Both the position numbers and the translations under genes were made by a program. Positions 59,736-64,000 of a stretch of 64,000 nt of DNA are shown piece after piece. The stretch is taken from the NCBI GenBank assembly GCA_031835245.2, contig JAVKOQ020000036.1, positions 186,001 to 250,000 of the forward strand. Reading direction: 5' to 3'. Below the pieces are notes generated by a model. It was not told where the DNA came from and did no database searches. It worked only from the letters and a program-made list of their open reading frames with translations. The first letter of the stretch is position 1, and each line of letters begins with the position of its first letter. Source of the stretch: Balamuthia mandrillaris (Eukaryota).

Positions 59736-60148
59736 GTAGCAGACCACTCTCATGTCCACCACATCTACTCGGACATTTGTCTCGGTTGTTGGTTTTGTGT
59801 TGCTTTTCTTGCAAGGTGGGCGCGTTGTATGCACAGGAAAGAGCTGCCAAAGGAGAGGAGAGAGGAAATCGGCCAAGGGTGAGGCCAAATGCCTCCTCAC
59901 TCCCTTGATGCCCAACAAGTTCAAACCTCCTTGCTTCACCGCCATCTGGAATCGTGGACCAAGAGTCCTTTCCATGTGTTTCGCTTCTTCGATCAGTGCA
60001 GAGCAAACCTGTGGAGAGAACAGCAGAAAGAGAACCACTTGCAGGAACTGGTTTTGTGCGGCGGAGGCCCATTGTTGCGGAGGTGCGCGGGCGGCAAGGG
60101 ATGGTGACTCGGAGGTCAGCAGCCAACGTGAAAGCTCCAGCAGCTCGG
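59736..60148 (-). pseudogene. Partial direct duplicate of the 5' part of the oxygenase/F-box/RhoGEF gene
   Basis: Near-identical to ~61932-62377 (PELLELSRWLLTSESPSLA...VDVVDMRVV); truncated and abutting the integrase relic. Confidence 0.9.
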
Positions 60149-60480
60149 GATGCAAAAACGTGTACGGCACGGTGCGTCTTCCTCCTTTCATTCTGCTGTT
60201 GAGAAGGTAGTGAACTCGTTGTTGTGGATATGTTAATTAACGCAGCATCGAGCTCGATGGGGTTGAGGGAACGAAACCAGACACAAGAGTGGTGGACATT
60301 AACGAACATGTCCAAACTGCAAACAAAGCAAGCCTTTACATGCATGATGGCTTTTTTTAACGAAAAAGAATCACAAAGTTGTTTGCACCATAAACAGAAC
60401 AGGAAGAGTGCGCCTTCCTCACCAGCAACGTAACCGCCACTGCCGAAGCCAACTTCACCGAAAGCTTCAAGAGCAGCGGT

Positions 60481-62412
60481 TTATTGTTGGGAACGGTGTA
60501 TCTCAGCGTTGATAATGTTGCAAATCTGCTCAACGTGCTGTAGCAACGCTTGAACCTTTGTGCAGCGACGCAATGTCTCCTCCTCCTCGTCCTCCTCCCC
60601 TGCAAACTTGTGGTAATACCTGAAAAGCTCTCTCAACAAGAGGGCGTATCTTGGTAGTCGGCTCACTGGCATCACCAAATAACTTTGGAGTTCCAACCTT
60701 CGGTCATCCTTCTCTTCCTGCTGCCTAATAAACTCTGCAAACTTCGGATACTTTTGTGTGGCACTCTGAAGGTGTTCTCTAACGTGCATGTAGGAGACGC
60801 AATAAGGCACATACAAAGGTTCAAGCAAAGAGATGAATCTTTCAAAGGCAGAAGGAATGTCTGGCTCTGCTCCCCTCTCTCGCAGGCCTGGACACACGTG
60901 GCATGTTTCCTGGGCCAAGAGAAGCTCTCTATACAAGTCCCTGTGTAGTCCCAACACTTGCTCCACGTCGCCAAAGATGTTGCGCAAGAGATCTGCTGGC
61001 AATAAAGCCTTCTTTGTCTTTATCTTTTTCGTTGTCTTTCTTCGCTCCTCTGTTCCTTCTTGAAGAGGTTTGAGATAGAGTTGGACCACCGATTCGAGTG
61101 CGTTGACGTAGGAAGCTTCGGTCATAATGAGCTCTTCGATGACCTTCGCGCGTCTCTCTTTGGAAGACAGATTCTGCCAGGAGCCAAAACTCGGGCTATC
61201 CGCCGCCGCTTTTGTTTTTCGTTGTTCTTGTACAAAGGCGATGTAACGGCCTGCCCAGTTTGCTTTCTTCTCGTTCTTCTCTTTCTTCACGTAGTGCTTC
61301 TTTTTCACTCTTCCTTCCTTCTCGTGTTTTTCCAGTTTGTTTTTCTTCTCCTGCTGTTTGCCCAAGTCTCTCGTTTGCTCAGGAAGATGCCTGCGCCAGA
61401 GAGAAGGATTGTCTTCAATGAGCTCTCTCCAATGTCGGCAAATGGCTCTGGCGCAAAGCAGCTCTTCCGCTGTCAGGAAAGACAGCACGTAGCTTTGCAG
61501 CTCATTGCCCAGATGAGAGAACTTGCGGAAGGCCTTGGCTTGGACAGATGGTTTCATGCGAATGATGAGATGGAAGCGTTCTCCTTCTTGTGTGTTGGTT
61601 GTTCCATTAGGAAGATCGGCCACATGGAGCACTGCACATCCGATATTGAGTAATTCTCCTTCATTGTGCTCATCTTCTTCTCTTTCTCTTTCTCTTCCTT
61701 TTTCTTGTTCTTTTTCTTTTTCTTTCTCCTTTTTGCGTTCGTTAGCTTTGGTTGAGGCAAAAGACAAAGGAGAGGAAAGACGAAGAACGCATTGACCGGT
61801 CATAGGGTCCAAAAAGAAGAGGTCAGCACCACGGCAGATGCTCGTCGCTGGGCCTAAGCACACGTTGAGGGTCAAAGTTGCTCCCTGATCAATGTGAAGC
61901 GGGTGGTAGCTGCTCTCTCTTTCGTCAGCAGAGTAGCGAACCACTCTCATGTCCACCACATCTACCAGCGCGCTTTGGGCTTTCTCTTTCGCTTTCGATG
62001 TGTCCTTGTTCTTGCACTTCCCTTTAATCGAAGGCATAAGCATCGTGTGGGATGGAAAGAGCTGCCAAAGGAGAGGAGAGAGGAAATCGGCCAAGGGTGA
62101 GGCCAAATGCCTCCTCACTCCTTCTATCCCCAACAAGTTCAAACCTCCTTGCTTCACCGCCATCTTGAATTGTGGGTCCTCTTCACCAAGCTCTCTTTCC
62201 ATGTGTTTCGCTTCTTCGATCAGCGCAGAGCACACCTCCGGAGAGAACAGCGGAAAGAGAACCACTTGCGGGAACTGGTTTTGTGCGGCGGAGGCCCATT
62301 GTTGTGGAGGTGCGCGGACAGCAAGGGAAGGGGACTCGGAGGTCAGCAGCCAACGTGAAAGCTCCAGCAGCTCTGGTTTGGAGAACGTTTTGCCAACGTT
62401 ACGATGTTTCAT
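60481..62412 (-). CDS. 2OG-Fe(II) oxygenase-like plus F-box plus RhoGEF (DH) fusion, intronless
   Basis: VVRY..HPLHIDQ..LTLNVCLG..GADLFF..GCAVLH..GERFHL; F-box HLGNELQSYVLSFL..LLCARAICRHWREL; DH RAKVIEELIMTEASYVNAL..IFG..LQSYLVMPVSRLPRYALLLREL. Confidence 0.88.
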   Translation of the reverse strand: MKHRNVGKTFSKPELLELSRWLLTSESPSLAVRAPPQQWASAAQNQFPQVVLFPLFSPEVCSALIEEAKHMERELGEEDPQFKMAVKQGGLNLLGIEGVRRHLASPLADFLSPLLWQLFPSHTMLMPSIKGKCKNKDTSKAKEKAQSALVDVVDMRVVRYSADERESSYHPLHIDQGATLTLNVCLGPATSICRGADLFFLDPMTGQCVLRLSSPLSFASTKANERKKEKEKEKEQEKGREREREEDEHNEGELLNIGCAVLHVADLPNGTTNTQEGERFHLIIRMKPSVQAKAFRKFSHLGNELQSYVLSFLTAEELLCARAICRHWRELIEDNPSLWRRHLPEQTRDLGKQQEKKNKLEKHEKEGRVKKKHYVKKEKNEKKANWAGRYIAFVQEQRKTKAAADSPSFGSWQNLSSKERRAKVIEELIMTEASYVNALESVVQLYLKPLQEGTEERRKTTKKIKTKKALLPADLLRNIFGDVEQVLGLHRDLYRELLLAQETCHVCPGLRERGAEPDIPSAFERFISLLEPLYVPYCVSYMHVREHLQSATQKYPKFAEFIRQQEEKDDRRLELQSYLVMPVSRLPRYALLLRELFRYYHKFAGEEDEEEETLRRCTKVQALLQHVEQICNIINAEIHRSQQ

Positions 62413-62525
62413 GTATTTCTTCGTTCTGTTGCTGGAAAGAGAAGCTTAATTGCTGTATTTCTTGTAGACACCACAAAGAAAAGGAGAGGCAGAAAGAAAC
62501 GTTTACTCTGTTTCACAGCCATCAC

Positions 62526-63956
62526 TCATGATGTGAATTGATCTTGAAAACGAGTGAGATAGTCCATCAATTGCTTTACACGAAGGCGGAGGCGTGCGTT
62601 CTGTGCCTCCACGTGTCGAAGACACTGGTCCTTGTGCCGCAGCTGTGCCTGTAGCTGCATCACCAGGGAAGATGTTTCTATTTGTTGCGGCTGGGTAGAA
62701 GAGGAAAGAGAGGGGTGTTGTTGTGGAGCTTGATGGGCTATTGTTACATGATTAGAAACAGGAAGAGTGGACGGGGAAGAAGGCGAAGGAGGAGTTTCAG
62801 GAACGACGGTTGCTTCAAAAGCTGCTTCGGTGGTGCCAATCCTTGAAGATGATGGATAGTGTTGCTGTAGTGGTGGTTGTGGTTGTTGATGGCGAAGGTG
62901 CTCTGTTGGTTTCTGCAAAGATGTGTCGCTGGCTATATCGGTGGCCTTTCGTCGTTTTCTCTTTCTGTGTTCTTCTTGTTGAAGTTCTTGCGCTTTTTCT
63001 TGAGCTTCGGTTCGCAGTTGCTGTTGTTCTTGTTCCTCTGTTTCTTGTTCTTGTATCCGTTTTGATTTCTGTGGTTGTTGTCGTTTGTTTGCACGTTCTT
63101 TGCTTTGCCCTCTTCGTTGATGGTGTTGATGTGGATGCTGTTGTTCTCGTTGGTCAACTTGATGTACTTGCATTGTATCTTGTTCTTGTACCTGTTGTTG
63201 TTGCTGTGCTGTTTCTTGTTCTAGATTCTGTTGTTCTGTTTCTTGTACTTGTCTTGGTTGTGGCTGTCGTTCTCGCTGCGGTTGCTGCTCAGCAATAACA
63301 TCCAAGGCAGAACCATGTGGTGGCTGTACACGTACACTCGTTTCAAGCTCCCTTCTCCTACCACCTTTCTTACCTTGGGTTGTGATGTTGCTCAGCGAAT
63401 CTGTTTCTCGAGCATCTCTTCGCAGTTTTTCAACACGTTGGCTTTGAGCCGTGGTGGGTTCTTCCTTCTCCTTGTGCTCCTTTTTCTCTCGTCGTTCTGA
63501 ATGTTCGTGACGTGAAGTGGTTCTGTGCCTAGACGACCTCTTCTTCTTGTCTTCCCGCTCTGTCTTCGTCCTCCGCTTGCTCCGTCTTTTACGTTTTTGC
63601 TGTACTTCATCATCGCTAAAAGAGGCAATATCCTCTTCTTCATCAACTTCGTCTGTTCTGCTTCTTTTCATGATATCTTTTCTTCGTTGGAAGAGCGGAA
63701 GCAGTTCTTTTGATTCTCCCACAAAGCGAGCACGAAGAGAACGCGTTAGTGATGGAGAGGACGAATCAATGAAAGAAGAAGAAGAATTAAGGAGTGCAGA
63801 AGACAAAATAGAATCTGAAGCACTCTGCTTCTTGTGATGCGTTTTTGAAGAAGTGAGACGGTGAGCACCTTGTTGTGGTCGCAGTTTTTGATTCATCACC
63901 GCTTTTTTTGTTTCATGCGCGTCGTCGTAATGGACAAGAGGAAGAACGGCAGGAAC
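62526..63956 (-). CDS. Last exon of a low-complexity Gln/Arg/Glu-rich protein with C-terminal coiled coil; gene continues beyond the window
   Basis: Acceptor ctcag before 63956 opens an in-frame ~1.4-kb exon with basic NLS-like clusters and heptads LQAQLRHKDQCLRHVEAQNARLRLRVKQL. Confidence 0.65.
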   Translation of the reverse strand, partial: VPAVLPLVHYDDAHETKKAVMNQKLRPQQGAHRLTSSKTHHKKQSASDSILSSALLNSSSSFIDSSSPSLTRSLRARFVGESKELLPLFQRRKDIMKRSRTDEVDEEEDIASFSDDEVQQKRKRRSKRRTKTEREDKKKRSSRHRTTSRHEHSERREKKEHKEKEEPTTAQSQRVEKLRRDARETDSLSNITTQGKKGGRRRELETSVRVQPPHGSALDVIAEQQPQRERQPQPRQVQETEQQNLEQETAQQQQQVQEQDTMQVHQVDQREQQHPHQHHQRRGQSKERANKRQQPQKSKRIQEQETEEQEQQQLRTEAQEKAQELQQEEHRKRKRRKATDIASDTSLQKPTEHLRHQQPQPPLQQHYPSSSRIGTTEAAFEATVVPETPPSPSSPSTLPVSNHVTIAHQAPQQHPSLSSSTQPQQIETSSLVMQLQAQLRHKDQCLRHVEAQNARLRLRVKQLMDYLTRFQDQFTS

Positions 63957-64000
63957 CTGAGAAAGAGCAGAAGAAGAGGGAACGGAGGCAGACGTATGCG

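Overview
Gene-dense, intron-rich eukaryotic nuclear DNA. Introns are GT-AG and full of (TC)n tracts. Gene content and style suggest a free-living amoebozoan such as Balamuthia or an Acanthamoeba relative; this is inference only. About 25 protein genes are supported, including an SNF2 helicase end, an LRR protein, two PLS-type PPR genes, xylulokinase, a DDT/WHIM protein, a MYND-ankyrin protein, a C2 protein, an ArfGAP-PH-MyTH4-RhoGAP protein, TVP38/TMEM64, a dual hybrid histidine kinase, ZUP1, eIF2D, a GRAM-VASt protein, CSN2, a TSP1 secreted protein and a 2OG-oxygenase/F-box/RhoGEF fusion. Highlights not visible in the ORF track: (1) a selenophosphate synthetase with an in-frame UGA (KG-U-GCKVPQ) and a 3'-UTR SECIS; (2) a candidate box C/D snoRNA in a CSN2 intron whose guide matches the SSU rRNA site equivalent to human Cm1272; (3) two inverted copies of a secreted protein made of about 44 YDGGDV[S/T] heptads, with conserved promoter blocks; (4) a PPR gene built from near-identical 303-bp P-L-S cassettes that differ mainly at RNA-code positions; (5) decayed copies of neighbouring gene segments and an integrase relic in intergenic DNA; (6) a shared TGTCGACATTTTCTTA/ATATCGA motif in divergent promoters. 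Exon boundaries and domain calls are by eye; no database searches were run.
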